Shown one piece after another: positions 36,363-45,662 of a DNA stretch of 64,000 nt (its first letter is position 1; each line of letters opens with the position of its first letter). The notes beneath the pieces are model-generated. The model had not been told where the DNA came from. It did not search any database and saw only the letters and a list, made by a program, of their open reading frames with translations. The translations under genes and the position numbers were made by a program. The stretch is from positions 242,516 to 306,515 of the forward strand of contig CBDAUL010000007.1 in the NCBI GenBank assembly GCA_965200475.1, given 5' to 3'. This DNA is from Vicinamibacterales bacterium (GTDB lineage: Bacteria > Acidobacteriota > Vicinamibacteria > Vicinamibacterales > UBA8438).

Positions 36363-37760
36363 CTACAGTCCCAGCAGCCGGGGAAGATCGGCCAGCAGGG
36401 CCTGTTCGGCCTCGGCCTGGGTCTCGCCGAGCGCGATGACGTCCAGCTTGCCGTGCTCGGCCAGCGGGCCGACATTGTAGAAGATGTAGCAGCCGGTCTG
36501 GGTGCCGGCGTCGAAGGCGTGACGGCCCACCCGCTCGAGCACCTCCCCGAAGCCGAGCCCCTGCAGCCGGTCGTGCACGAAGTCCTGCCCGCGGTAGCGC
36601 GGGCGCGGACCGGACACGACCCGGTCGACGAGGTGCATGGGCGTGCTCGTGCCGCCCCAGCGGCCGTTGCACTCGGTGAAGCGGAGGGTGAAATCCGCGT
36701 GCGGGTCGCCGAGCACGAGATGGTCGAACGAGCAGCGTCCGACGTAGCCGAGGGTCTGCAGCGCCGCGGCGACCCGCCGGCCGGCGGCGCCCAGCGCGCG
36801 GTTGACCGCAGCGGGCAGCGTGGAGGGCCGGCTGCCCACGAACAGTTGTCCGGCGCCGGACAGGATCTGCTCGTAGACGCCGTCCAGGCGCGGCTCGCCG
36901 GCGGTCGCCGCCGGAATCCACCACTGCGTGGAGGGCGACGACGTGGCCGTTTCCCAGGCGACGACCAGCACCGGCTCGGGCGCCCGCCACTCCGTGCGGG
37001 CGAGGAACCCGCGCACGACCGCCGCGGTCGTCGCCGGGGCCTGCGCCCGGACCTGCGCTGCATCGAGCACCAGGTTGCCGGTTCCCGACGCGCACCGCGT
37101 TCGCTTCAGGCCCACCCGCGAGCAGCGCGGGGCGAGCTCGCGCAGCAGGTCCACGCAGCCCGGCACGGTGGTCGCCGCACGGGTCTCGGGAATCCAGCCC
37201 GGGCCGAGCACGAGCTCGACCAGCTCGCCGAAGAGCGCCTTGTCGTTCGCTATCCAGGTCACCGGCGGCGGCGGACCCAGCACCGCGACGGGCACCGCGG
37301 CGGCCGCCGCGACGCGCCCCGCGAGCGTCCACACGTCGTCGGTCGCCAGGTACGGATGAATCGTCAGGCCGCCCGCCTCGCGGGCGAAAGCGACGATCCG
37401 GTCGAGCGCAGCGTTCGCGCTGCAGCCGCGAGCCAGAGCGAGGGGCGCCGGCCCGCAGTCGGCGCCGAGCCAGTGCACGGGGCCGAGCCCGAGGCGCTGT
37501 CGGCAGTACGTCTCGTAGTCGGGATCGGGGAGCGTCTCGGTCGCATACAGATCCCCCGCGCGAGCCCGTACCCGCGCCCGGTGCTCGTACTCCTCGACGC
37601 CGGCGATGTCGGTGAGAAACGGAATGCCCGAGACGTCCTCCAGGTGCAGCACGCGCCGGTCTGCGGCCGCCGGGTGCCAGCGCCGGTCGCGGAAGGCTGC
37701 GAGCCGGCTGGCGAGGTTCAAGCGGTCCGCAAAGGCCTGGAGAGCAGCGGCGGCAGCCAA
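36363..37760 (-). CDS. ATP-grasp-like ligase (pre-ATP-grasp + PGM1-type C-terminal domain); family assignment tentative
   Basis: High GC3 throughout. Motifs KRTRCASGTGN, YVGRCSFDH and FTECNGRWGG (E-x-N ATP-grasp signature). The start is uncertain (TTG 37760 or GTG 37652), and the ORF runs open far upstream in the track. Confidence 0.55.
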   Translation of the reverse strand: MAAAAALQAFADRLNLASRLAAFRDRRWHPAAADRRVLHLEDVSGIPFLTDIAGVEEYEHRARVRARAGDLYATETLPDPDYETYCRQRLGLGPVHWLGADCGPAPLALARGCSANAALDRIVAFAREAGGLTIHPYLATDDVWTLAGRVAAAAAVPVAVLGPPPPVTWIANDKALFGELVELVLGPGWIPETRAATTVPGCVDLLRELAPRCSRVGLKRTRCASGTGNLVLDAAQVRAQAPATTAAVVRGFLARTEWRAPEPVLVVAWETATSSPSTQWWIPAATAGEPRLDGVYEQILSGAGQLFVGSRPSTLPAAVNRALGAAGRRVAAALQTLGYVGRCSFDHLVLGDPHADFTLRFTECNGRWGGTSTPMHLVDRVVSGPRPRYRGQDFVHDRLQGLGFGEVLERVGRHAFDAGTQTGCYIFYNVGPLAEHGKLDVIALGETQAEAEQALLADLPRLLGL

Positions 37761-37798
37761 CTGGAAGCCCGTGACGCAGCGGGGAGTTGCTGCGGCAT

Positions 37799-38251
37799 CT
37801 AGCCGCGGCCCTTGAAGCGATGACGCTTGACGGCGATGGCGGCGTCCGTCAGGTGCGTGTCCACGCTGCCGTTGAACACCGCGCCCTCGTCGATGGCCAG
37901 GCGCCGCGCGGCGAGGTGTCCGGCCACGCGGCCGTGCGGCAGAATCTTGAGGCACTCGATCGCCGTGAGGTTGCCCTTGACCATGCCGCGGACCGTGATG
38001 CTCCGCGCGAAGACGTCCGACTCCAGCCGGCCGTGCTCGGCCACCGCGACGCTGTGGTCCGGCGCCGCGATCCTGCCCTCGACGCGCCCCTCGATGACGA
38101 TGTGCGCCGTCGCGCTCAGCTCGCCCCTGACCGTGACATCGCGGCCGATGCTCGTGATGCCGCCCGGGGCATCCAGCTGCAGCCTCAGCGACGGGTCGGT
38201 GGCCAGAAGGTCGCCGACCAGCGCCTCGTCGCTGCGCGCGGGAATCGCCAT
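37799..38251 (-). CDS. bactofilin (DUF583 polymer-forming cytoskeletal protein)
   Basis: Beta-helical repeat core IGRDVTVRGELSATAHIVIEGRVEGRIAAPDHSVAVAEHGRLESDVFARSITVRGMVKGNLTAIECLKILPHGRVAGHLAARRLAIDEGAVFNG. ATG at 38251, with an alternative at 38353. Confidence 0.8.
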   Translation of the reverse strand: MAIPARSDEALVGDLLATDPSLRLQLDAPGGITSIGRDVTVRGELSATAHIVIEGRVEGRIAAPDHSVAVAEHGRLESDVFARSITVRGMVKGNLTAIECLKILPHGRVAGHLAARRLAIDEGAVFNGSVDTHLTDAAIAVKRHRFKGRG

Positions 38252-38710
38252 TGCCGTGTCGTGGAGGTCGTCGGGTTCGTCCGGAGACGTGAAGTCTACT
38301 TGCCGCTGCGACGGCGGCGCAACTCGGCTGGACGCGCGCGCCGCGGCCCGCATCGTCGCGTCGATCGGCCTGCGTCTGCGCTGGGGCGCGGCCGGCCGCG
38401 GCGGAAGGCCGCCCGGCTCGACGGGCTCGTGCGCCGCGGCCCGCGCTGGCGCTCTCGAAGCGTCGTCCCGGCGGGACGCTGATCGCCGCTTCACCGCCAC
38501 GGGACACCGACGACGACGCCGCGCATGCCGTCGCCGACCTGGAGGTCGCCGCGCGGGGCATCCGCGCGGGCGTCGCGGCAGTTGACGCGGACTGCCGCGC
38601 GGCAGCCAGCGACCAGTGGTCCGATCATCAATGACCTCGTGCTCCGCTCGCGCCGGGGCAAGCCCCCGGCGAGTGACACACCAAGCATACGCCACGAACC
38701 CCCCTCCCGT

Positions 38711-38775
38711 CGGCACCGAACGCCACAAGGCGCGCACGGCGCGCCTCGGCGGCAGCGGCGCCGTCCGATCGAAGC
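38711..38775 (+). repeat. REP-like element, short variant (internal deletion)
   Basis: CAAGGCGCGCACGGCGCGCCTCGGCGGCAGCGGCG joined directly to CCGTCCGATCGAAG, i.e. the head and tail of the longer units. Confidence 0.5.
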
Positions 38776-38776
38776 T

Positions 38777-41263
38777 CTAGAAGGCGTACTCCAGCCCGAG
38801 GTACCCGCTGCGCCCGATCTCGGCTATCCGCTGCCGGGTGAACGGGTTGAGCGAGTTCAGGTGGTTGACGTAGAACTCGTCGGTCAGGTTGCGCACCCCG
38901 CCCCGCAACGTCACGCCGGCGGCGAGCTCCAGGCCGATCGACACGTCGACTGTCGTCCACCCGGCGGTCGCCATCTCGAAGCGTGTCGTCGCCACCCGGT
39001 CCTGCGCGGCGGCGCTGGTCACCAGCAGCTCCACCCAGCGGGTCCTGGACGGATTGTGGATATCGAGGGCGTAGTGCTGCTCGAACGGCGGGATGCCGAA
39101 CAGCGGCTCGTCGAACAGCAGGTCCTCGGCGTGCACGAGCGACCAGCCCCCGCGCAGGCTGATCCACGGACCCGCCGCCGATTCGGCGCGCACATCGAAG
39201 CCCGCGAAGCGGGCGGCGTCGGCCTGGACGTAGCGGAACACCCGGGCGGGGCTCAGCGGCAGGCGCCGCGTCAGGTTGGGATCGTGCGCCACGGTGATGT
39301 AGTCGTCGATCGTGCGCCAGAACGCGTCGCCCTGGATCGTCGCCTGCCCGATGTGGAGCGTCGTGCCGGCGCTGAGCTCGATGCTCTTCTCCGGCACGAG
39401 CAGCGGGTTGCCGACGAACTCGGCAGCCGTCTGGAACTTGACGGCCGGGAACCGGTCGGCGTACCGCTCCAGGGCCGACGGGCTGCGGACGGCCCGTCCT
39501 GCGCCCAGCGTGACGAGCCAGCGGTCGGTGACGCGCAGGCTGGCGTTGGCGGCGGCACTGAAGTTCAGGTTGTCCTGCCCGAAGTGGTCGGCCGGCGCCA
39601 GCATCGTCGGGCCGGCGCCGTGGCCGCCCGCGTCGTGGCCGCCGGCCGCATGCCCGCCGCCGTGATCCGCACCGTTGCCATGGCCGCCCATGCCGTGGCT
39701 CGGCGTCCGGGGATGGAAGCGGCCATGCGCCTCGTGCAGCTCGTGGGCCGGGACCGCGTTGTCCGCGAAGAACGCGGTGACGCCTCCGACCCGCGCCTGC
39801 TCGCGGTCGAGGCGCAGCGTCCCGCCGAAGCTGCTGCGGCCCTGGTCGTAGACCACCTGGGCGTAGCCGCCGATGTTGCTCAGCTCGGCGTCCGGCCAGA
39901 CGGGATGCCGGTTGTGGTGGATCTGCCCGGTGTCGCGGTCGCTGATCGTCTGCGTGGCGTTCTGCTGCAGGCGGTACGTGTCGAAACCGAGCTTGTAGCG
40001 CACCGGGCCGGTGGCGAGCGCCGCGTGGAACCGTCCGCCGAGCGTATCCGCGGCGGCCGGCAGGTGGACGTCCAGCGCAAACGGCGGCATCCGGCGCGGA
40101 TCCGCCAGCGCGGTCGGCTTGTCGTCGTTGTTCATCACGTGGCGCTTGTCGTTCACGTAGATCTGCCCCGCGAGCTCGCTGACCAGGCCGGTGGACCGCG
40201 CGTGCGAGAGATCGAGCGCGTGGGACTGCGTCTCGAAGAGGGTGGCGTCGAGGATGCGGCCCGGGTAGTCGATGTCGTTCTGCTTCTGGTAGCCGCCGGT
40301 GTACTCGAGCAGCGTGCTGCCGCCCAGGCGCCCGCCCAGGCTCCAGCGCGTATCGAACGACTCGTAGTCGCCCGCTACCGTCTCGCCGTTGCCGTCGAGG
40401 TAGTCGCTGCCGATCCGCGTGTTGTGCTGAAACGTGAACCGGATCCGGTCGGAGCTGCCGTGCAGGCTCGCCAGTGCGTCGTTGGCGTCGCCGTTCGAGC
40501 CGTAGTTGTAGCCCGCGCGTCCCCCGACCTGGAAGCCCCCGCCCGCGAACGCCGGCTTGAACGTATCGGCCCGAATGGCGCTGAGCGTGCCCGCGCCCCA
40601 GGTCAGCGCGTACGGCCCCCGGACGACGCGCAGCGACTGCAGTGCGTGCGGACTGACGTGGCTCAGCCCCGAGTCCATGCGGGCCGGGCCGGCCGCGAAG
40701 GTCCGGGTCCCGTCGACGAAAACGCCGATCTGCTCGGCGTACAGCCCGCGGACCGACGGATCGAGATTGATGGCGCCGCGCCTGAGCGCGGTCACGCCCG
40801 CATGGTCACGCAACGACTGCGCCAGATCGCGGGCCACGCGACGCTCGATGGCGTCGGCGGCAATCGTCAGCTCCGTCGCCACTTCCGGCATCAGCGCCGA
40901 CACGGTGACTTCCTGCGTGAACGCGCCGACCTCGAGCGTGAGCGAGGTGGAGACGCCGCTCGCCGTCACGGCGATGGGCTCCGTGCGGGTCTCGAACCCG
41001 AGCAGCGCAGCGCTGAGCAGGTAGTCGCCGGGTGTCACGTCCGGCAGCAGGAACCCGCCGGTGCGGTCCGTCGTCGACGAGGCGACGAAGCTGCCGTCGG
41101 CGGTTCGGAGCACGACCGTTGCGCCGGGCAGGGCCAGTTGCTGGGCATCGGTCACCACGCCGGTGACCGGGGCGCCGTCCTGCGCCTGCACGGCAGGTGC
41201 AGGGACGGCAAGCAGAAGAGCGAGCGCGGCCGGGAGCCGCATCCGGACGGTAGTACAACGCAT
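38777..41263 (-). CDS. TonB-dependent receptor with N-terminal carboxypeptidase-regulatory-like domain and a His/Gly-rich loop
   Basis: ATG 41263 with a GGAGGTG RBS. Signal peptide RLPAALALLLAVPAPAVQAQ, CarboxypepD_reg (VTGVVTD..LPGATVVL), plug (DLAQSLRDHAGVT..DPSVRGL), and a C-terminal GYLGLEYAF. The insert reads HELHEAHGRFHPRTPSHGMGGHGNGADHGGGHAAGGHDAGGHGAG. Confidence 0.9.
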   Translation of the reverse strand: MRCTTVRMRLPAALALLLAVPAPAVQAQDGAPVTGVVTDAQQLALPGATVVLRTADGSFVASSTTDRTGGFLLPDVTPGDYLLSAALLGFETRTEPIAVTASGVSTSLTLEVGAFTQEVTVSALMPEVATELTIAADAIERRVARDLAQSLRDHAGVTALRRGAINLDPSVRGLYAEQIGVFVDGTRTFAAGPARMDSGLSHVSPHALQSLRVVRGPYALTWGAGTLSAIRADTFKPAFAGGGFQVGGRAGYNYGSNGDANDALASLHGSSDRIRFTFQHNTRIGSDYLDGNGETVAGDYESFDTRWSLGGRLGGSTLLEYTGGYQKQNDIDYPGRILDATLFETQSHALDLSHARSTGLVSELAGQIYVNDKRHVMNNDDKPTALADPRRMPPFALDVHLPAAADTLGGRFHAALATGPVRYKLGFDTYRLQQNATQTISDRDTGQIHHNRHPVWPDAELSNIGGYAQVVYDQGRSSFGGTLRLDREQARVGGVTAFFADNAVPAHELHEAHGRFHPRTPSHGMGGHGNGADHGGGHAAGGHDAGGHGAGPTMLAPADHFGQDNLNFSAAANASLRVTDRWLVTLGAGRAVRSPSALERYADRFPAVKFQTAAEFVGNPLLVPEKSIELSAGTTLHIGQATIQGDAFWRTIDDYITVAHDPNLTRRLPLSPARVFRYVQADAARFAGFDVRAESAAGPWISLRGGWSLVHAEDLLFDEPLFGIPPFEQHYALDIHNPSRTRWVELLVTSAAAQDRVATTRFEMATAGWTTVDVSIGLELAAGVTLRGGVRNLTDEFYVNHLNSLNPFTRQRIAEIGRSGYLGLEYAF

Positions 41264-41384
41264 TTTCGAACACCTCCGCTCGGTGCCGCACGATCTCGAC
41301 GCGGGCACGCGGCCCGCGGAACCGAGGCGGTCGGCACGCGAGAACCTGGGACAGCGGAAAGGGAACGATCAGGTCGGGGCGGCG

Positions 41385-41771
41385 TCAGGCCCGCGGGGGC
41401 GGCGAGGGAGGTGCGTGGTGGAACGGGGTGACGGGACTGCCGGTTTCCGGCGGCCGCCCGCTCACGTCCGGCGCAGCCGGCGCCGCGGACGACTCCGGCG
41501 TGAAGCCGGTGAGGCTGAGGAGCCCGATGAGCGCGTCGTCGAACGAGTCGCACGTCTGCATCCGGGGACCAGCGGAGGTACCCGGGTGCGCGGCGCGCTT
41601 CAGCGGACAGAAGTCGCCGTGGTCCCTGCCCTCGCAGCAGGGCAGTACGCGGCCGTCGGCGTCGAGCACCGCCTGGCAGCAGAATGCGGCCGGCAGCAAT
41701 GCCAGCGCGGCAAGCTTCCAGGCGACGACGGCGGCTACCGCGCCCGTGCGGAGCGTGCGGACGGAACGCAT
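41385..41771 (-). CDS. small Cys-rich exported protein, DUF2946-like partner of the TonB-dependent receptor
   Basis: N-terminal TM/signal, a Cys cluster (FCCQ..LPCCEGRDHGDFCP), and a tail ..PFHHAPPSPPPRA. It lies 120 nt upstream of the receptor on the same strand. Confidence 0.55.
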   Translation of the reverse strand: MRSVRTLRTGAVAAVVAWKLAALALLPAAFCCQAVLDADGRVLPCCEGRDHGDFCPLKRAAHPGTSAGPRMQTCDSFDDALIGLLSLTGFTPESSAAPAAPDVSGRPPETGSPVTPFHHAPPSPPPRA

Positions 41772-41881
41772 GATGCGACAATCCCATTATAGGCCGTCTC
41801 GACCGCCGGCACGCGGCACGGTCGCATGCCGGCCGGTCCCGGCCGCCATGCCGTCGGACGGCTGCGATAGGATCTGCAGTC

Positions 41882-43783
41882 ATGCCTTCCGTGTACGACG
41901 AGACCTATCGCCGGGCGCAGGACGATCCGGAGGCTTTCTGGGCCGCCGCCGCGGAGCCGCTGTACTGGCACCGCCGCTGGGACACGGTGCGCGACGACAG
42001 CCGGCCGCCGTTTCACCGCTGGTTCGCCGGCGGCGAGCTGAACACCTGCTACAACTGCCTGGACCGCCACGTGGACCGCGGCCGCGGCAAGCAGCTCGCC
42101 CTGGTCTACGACAGCCCGGTCACCGGGACGGTTCGCCGCTTCACGTACGCCGAGCTGCGCGACGCGGTGGCCCGCGTCGCGGGCGCCATTGCGGCCCAGG
42201 GAGTCACGGCGGGCGAGCGGGTGATCATCTACATGCCGATGGTGCCGGAGGCGGTCATCGGGATGCTGGCCTGCGCCCGGATCGGCGCGGTCCACTCCGT
42301 CGTCTTCGGCGGCTTCGCACCCAGGGAGCTGGCGGCCCGCATCGACGATGCCAGACCGAAGCTCGTGCTGTCGGCGTCGTGCGGCATCGAGGTGAACCGG
42401 GTGGTGCCGTACAAGCCGCTGCTCGACGAGGCCATCGCGCTGTCGTCCCACAAGCCGGAGCGGACGCTCATCCTGCAGCGGCCGCAGGCCGAGGCGGCGC
42501 TCGTCGCCGGCCGCGACCTCGACTGGGACGAGACCTGCTCCGCCGCCGAGCCCGCCGAGTGCGTGCCGGTGGCGGCGACCGATCCGCTCTACGTTCTCTA
42601 CACCTCGGGCACCACCGGCGTTCCCAAGGGCGTGGTGCGCGACAACGGGGGCCATGCCGTGGCTCTCCACTGGAGCATGGAGAACGTGTACGGCGTCGGC
42701 GCCGGGGAAGTGTACTGGGCCGCGTCGGACATCGGCTGGGTGGTCGGCCACTCGTACATCGTCTACGGCCCGCTGCTGCGCGGCGCGACGACGATCCTCT
42801 ACGAGGGCAAGCCGGTCGGAACCCCCAATCCGGGCGCGTTCTGGCGCGTGGTCGAGCAGCACGGGGTCAACGTGCTGTTCACCGCGCCGACCGCCTTCCG
42901 GGCGATCAAGAAGGAGGATCCGGACGGATCGTTCATCCGCGAGCACGATCTGTCCGGGTTCCGGACCCTCTTTCTGGCCGGGGAGCGCTGCGATCCCGAC
43001 ACGCTGATCTGGGCCCGGGACCGGCTGGGGGTGCCCGTCATCGATCACTGGTGGCAGACCGAGACAGGCTGGGCCATCGCCGCGAACTGCGTGGGGCTGG
43101 GCGTGCTGCCGGTCAAGCCGGGGTCGCCGACCCGGGCCGTGCCGGGCTTCGACGTCCGGATTCTCGGCGAGGACGGCCGGGAGATGCCCGCCGGCGACAT
43201 CGGCGCCATCGTGCTCAGGCTGCCGCTGCCGCCCGGCTGCCTGCCGACACTGTGGAACAACGACGCCGGCTACGAAGGCTCGTACCTGTCACGCTACCCG
43301 GGGCACTACCTGACCGGCGATGCCGGCTACAAGGACGAGGACGACTACCTCTACATCATGAGCCGCGTGGACGACATCATCAACGTGGCCGGCCATCGCC
43401 TGTCGACCGGCGCGATGGAGGAGGTGCTCGCCTTTCATCCCGACGTCGCCGAGTGCGCCGTCGTCGGGGTCGCCGACGCCATCAAGGGCGAGATCCCGAT
43501 CGGCTTCGTCGTGACGAAGGCCGGCGTCACCCGCGGCGCCGACGATATCGTCCCGGAGCTGGTCGAGCGCGTGCGGGACTCGATCGGTCCGGTCGCCGCC
43601 TTCAAGACGGCCGCCCTCGTGCCGCGCCTCCCGAAGACGCGCTCCGGGAAGATCCTGCGCGGTACGGTGAAAAAGATCGCCGACGGCCAGCCGTACACCA
43701 TGCCGGCGACCATCGACGACCCGACGATCCTCGACGAGATTACCGCGGCGCTGGCGAGACTGGGTTATCCGAAGCAGCCCTGA
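41882..43783 (+). CDS. acyl-CoA synthetase, propionate/acetate-CoA ligase (PrpE/ACSS3-like)
   Basis: N-terminal YRRAQDDPEAFW..WF.GGELNTCYNCLDRH, the AMP-binding motif YTSGTTGVPKG, plus GDAGYKDEDDYLYIMSRVDDIINVAGHRL and PKTRSGKILR. Confidence 0.9.
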   Translation: MPSVYDETYRRAQDDPEAFWAAAAEPLYWHRRWDTVRDDSRPPFHRWFAGGELNTCYNCLDRHVDRGRGKQLALVYDSPVTGTVRRFTYAELRDAVARVAGAIAAQGVTAGERVIIYMPMVPEAVIGMLACARIGAVHSVVFGGFAPRELAARIDDARPKLVLSASCGIEVNRVVPYKPLLDEAIALSSHKPERTLILQRPQAEAALVAGRDLDWDETCSAAEPAECVPVAATDPLYVLYTSGTTGVPKGVVRDNGGHAVALHWSMENVYGVGAGEVYWAASDIGWVVGHSYIVYGPLLRGATTILYEGKPVGTPNPGAFWRVVEQHGVNVLFTAPTAFRAIKKEDPDGSFIREHDLSGFRTLFLAGERCDPDTLIWARDRLGVPVIDHWWQTETGWAIAANCVGLGVLPVKPGSPTRAVPGFDVRILGEDGREMPAGDIGAIVLRLPLPPGCLPTLWNNDAGYEGSYLSRYPGHYLTGDAGYKDEDDYLYIMSRVDDIINVAGHRLSTGAMEEVLAFHPDVAECAVVGVADAIKGEIPIGFVVTKAGVTRGADDIVPELVERVRDSIGPVAAFKTAALVPRLPKTRSGKILRGTVKKIADGQPYTMPATIDDPTILDEITAALARLGYPKQP

Positions 43784-43875
43784 TGGCGGCCGCCGGCGGT
43801 TCGGAAGCGGTTGCCTGGAGGGGGGCGGCAGGCCCCGGCGCTGCCCGGGTCCACGGCGGCGGGAGGCGTTCGGGG

Positions 43876-44199
43876 CTACGCGGCGTCACCGGACACGCGG
43901 CGGCCGGTGATGGCCTCGCGGAGTCCTTCGAGCAAGCCTTCGAGCTTCGCCTGCCCGTGCTCGACGCGGGCCAGGCGTGCTTCGAGCTGCTCGAAGCGGC
44001 GGTCGACCTGCTCGAAGCGGCGGTCGACCTGCTCGAAGCGGTGGTCGACCTGCTCGAAGCGGCGGTCGACCTGCTCGAAGCGGCGGTCAATGCGGGCTTC
44101 GACGCGATCGATGCGCGCGCCGAGGCCGCGCAGGCCGGCCAGTTGCACACCGGCCAGGGCGACGCCGACGGCCAGGATGGCGATCAGCTCCGGCGACAT
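43876..44199 (-). CDS. small membrane-anchored coiled-coil protein with five RFEQVDx heptads
   Basis: The ATG is at residue 73 of ORF 43876-44415. The TM helix LIAILAVGVALAGVQLAGL is followed by RIDRVEARIDRRFEQ(VDRRFEQ)x.. LEARLARVEHGQAKLEGLLEGL. Confidence 0.6.
   Translation of the reverse strand: MSPELIAILAVGVALAGVQLAGLRGLGARIDRVEARIDRRFEQVDRRFEQVDHRFEQVDRRFEQVDRRFEQLEARLARVEHGQAKLEGLLEGLREAITGRRVSGDAA
43987..44091. repeat. 5 x 21-bp near-perfect tandem repeat (in-frame heptad VNTR)
   Basis: CTGCTCGAAGCGGCGGTCGAC repeated five times, with single-base variants. It encodes residues 37-71 of the 43876-44199 protein. Confidence 0.85.
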
Positions 44200-44261
44200 G
44201 GGCCGATTGTATGCCAGCGAGGGCGCCGGCCTGCAGAGGGGACGGCGAGCCACGACACAGC

Positions 44262-44356
44262 CGTCCCAGGCCACGCACGGCGCGGCCCGGCGGCAGCGGC
44301 GCGGGGCGCAAGGGTCCCCGCAAGCGGCCGCCGGGGGCTTGGGGCGCAGCCCCATG
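44262..44356 (+). repeat. REP-like element copy abutting the 3' end of tRNA-Gly
   Basis: ..CACGCACGGCGCGGCCCGGCGGCAGCGGCGCGGGGCGCAAGGGTCCCCGCAAGCGGCCGCCGGGGGCTTGGGGCGCAGCCCCATGCAAG. It ends 6 nt from the tRNA CCA end. Confidence 0.6.
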
Positions 44357-44362
44357 CAAGTA

Positions 44363-44437
<75 letters not shown>

Positions 44438-44450
44438 GCGCCGTTTAAAA

Positions 44451-45653
44451 TCAATAGTTTACAGAAACGCCCCCGCTACTGCCAGCCGTTTCTGCCAGCC
44501 GAATCGCCCGCGAAACCGGGGCCGGCGCCCGATCCGCTCGCTCCAAACGCTCGATCGCTGCCGCGTGCTTCTGCAACTGCGGCGGGGCGTAGATCATCGT
44601 CGTCTCCGGATCGGTGTGCCCGTACAGATCCTGGATGTCCGCCACGTCGGAGCCCGTCCGTCGAAGCCCGGTCGCGAACGAGTGGCGGATCTGATACACG
44701 GTGAACGGCGGACGCCCGGCCTTCCGAGCCGCCCGCGCCAGCGCCTTGTTGGCGCTCGGACAAGACCACCATCCATAAGCGCCACGCGCCATGAAGTCGC
44801 GCGCTGCCGCCAGCCCTTCGCCGACGAGCGGTATCGCTGCCAGCCGTCCTCGCTTGCCGCGGGGGACGACGACGAAGGGTGTCGCCTCGTCGAGGCGGAA
44901 GTCTTCGGGCTGAAGGCGCCCCATCTGCGACGGCCGCATCCCTGTCCAGTGCATCAGCCGCAAGCGTACTACGGTCTTGGACTCCGGCGTCAACTGCGCC
45001 AGCACGTCCGCGATGTGCGAACGTTCGAGCCAGCGGGGCTTCGGCGGCGGCTGCGCGAAGCGGACGAGATCGATCAGCTCGGCCGCTGCGCGCCGCCCGT
45101 AGAGCACCTTCACCAGATTGGTCAGCGCGTTGCGCCGGTGGTTGCAGGCAGATGCCGACAACGTCTCGCGCCACTGGTGGAGTTGGTCGTTGAGCAGCGC
45201 GACGTGCTGCGACAGGGCCAGCGTGCGGAGATGTCCGAAGCGCTGGACCCACAGGCCGATTTGGTGCCGGCGGTCCGAGAAGCCCACAAGTTCGCTGCCT
45301 ACCTGCTGGAGGTAGCGCTCAGCATCATGCGCCAGCGTGTGCCGCTCGCCGGCCGGCAGCGTCCGCAGGCTGGCGCGCAGCTCGTCCCGGCGCGCCCGGA
45401 TCGTCTTGAGCGGCGTGCCAGCCGGGAAGCGGAGTTCGCGCTGGATGCCGTTGACCTTGACGGTGGCGGCGAGTCCGTGCCGGTCCTTGTAGATGCCCTC
45501 GGCGACGCGGACGCGGCGGCGCGCCGGCTGACTGCCGGTCTTGGCCGTCGGTTTGCGTGACGTCGCGCTCTTGGCAGCGCGCCGTTTCGGCCGGGGGGCT
45601 GGGGACGCCGTCGCCTCCGCGGCGCCAGGCTCGTCGTTGTTGGTCGATCTCAT
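44451..45653 (-). CDS. tyrosine recombinase / phage-type integrase
   Basis: Catalytic blocks MHWTGMRPSQM (Arg), IRHSFATGLRR (HxxR) and LYGHTDPETTMIYA (His..Tyr). The stop lies 13 nt from the 5' end of tRNA-Gly. Confidence 0.9.
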   Translation of the reverse strand: MRSTNNDEPGAAEATASPAPRPKRRAAKSATSRKPTAKTGSQPARRRVRVAEGIYKDRHGLAATVKVNGIQRELRFPAGTPLKTIRARRDELRASLRTLPAGERHTLAHDAERYLQQVGSELVGFSDRRHQIGLWVQRFGHLRTLALSQHVALLNDQLHQWRETLSASACNHRRNALTNLVKVLYGRRAAAELIDLVRFAQPPPKPRWLERSHIADVLAQLTPESKTVVRLRLMHWTGMRPSQMGRLQPEDFRLDEATPFVVVPRGKRGRLAAIPLVGEGLAAARDFMARGAYGWWSCPSANKALARAARKAGRPPFTVYQIRHSFATGLRRTGSDVADIQDLYGHTDPETTMIYAPPQLQKHAAAIERLERADRAPAPVSRAIRLAETAGSSGGVSVNY

Positions 45654-45662
45654 CGGGGTCTC

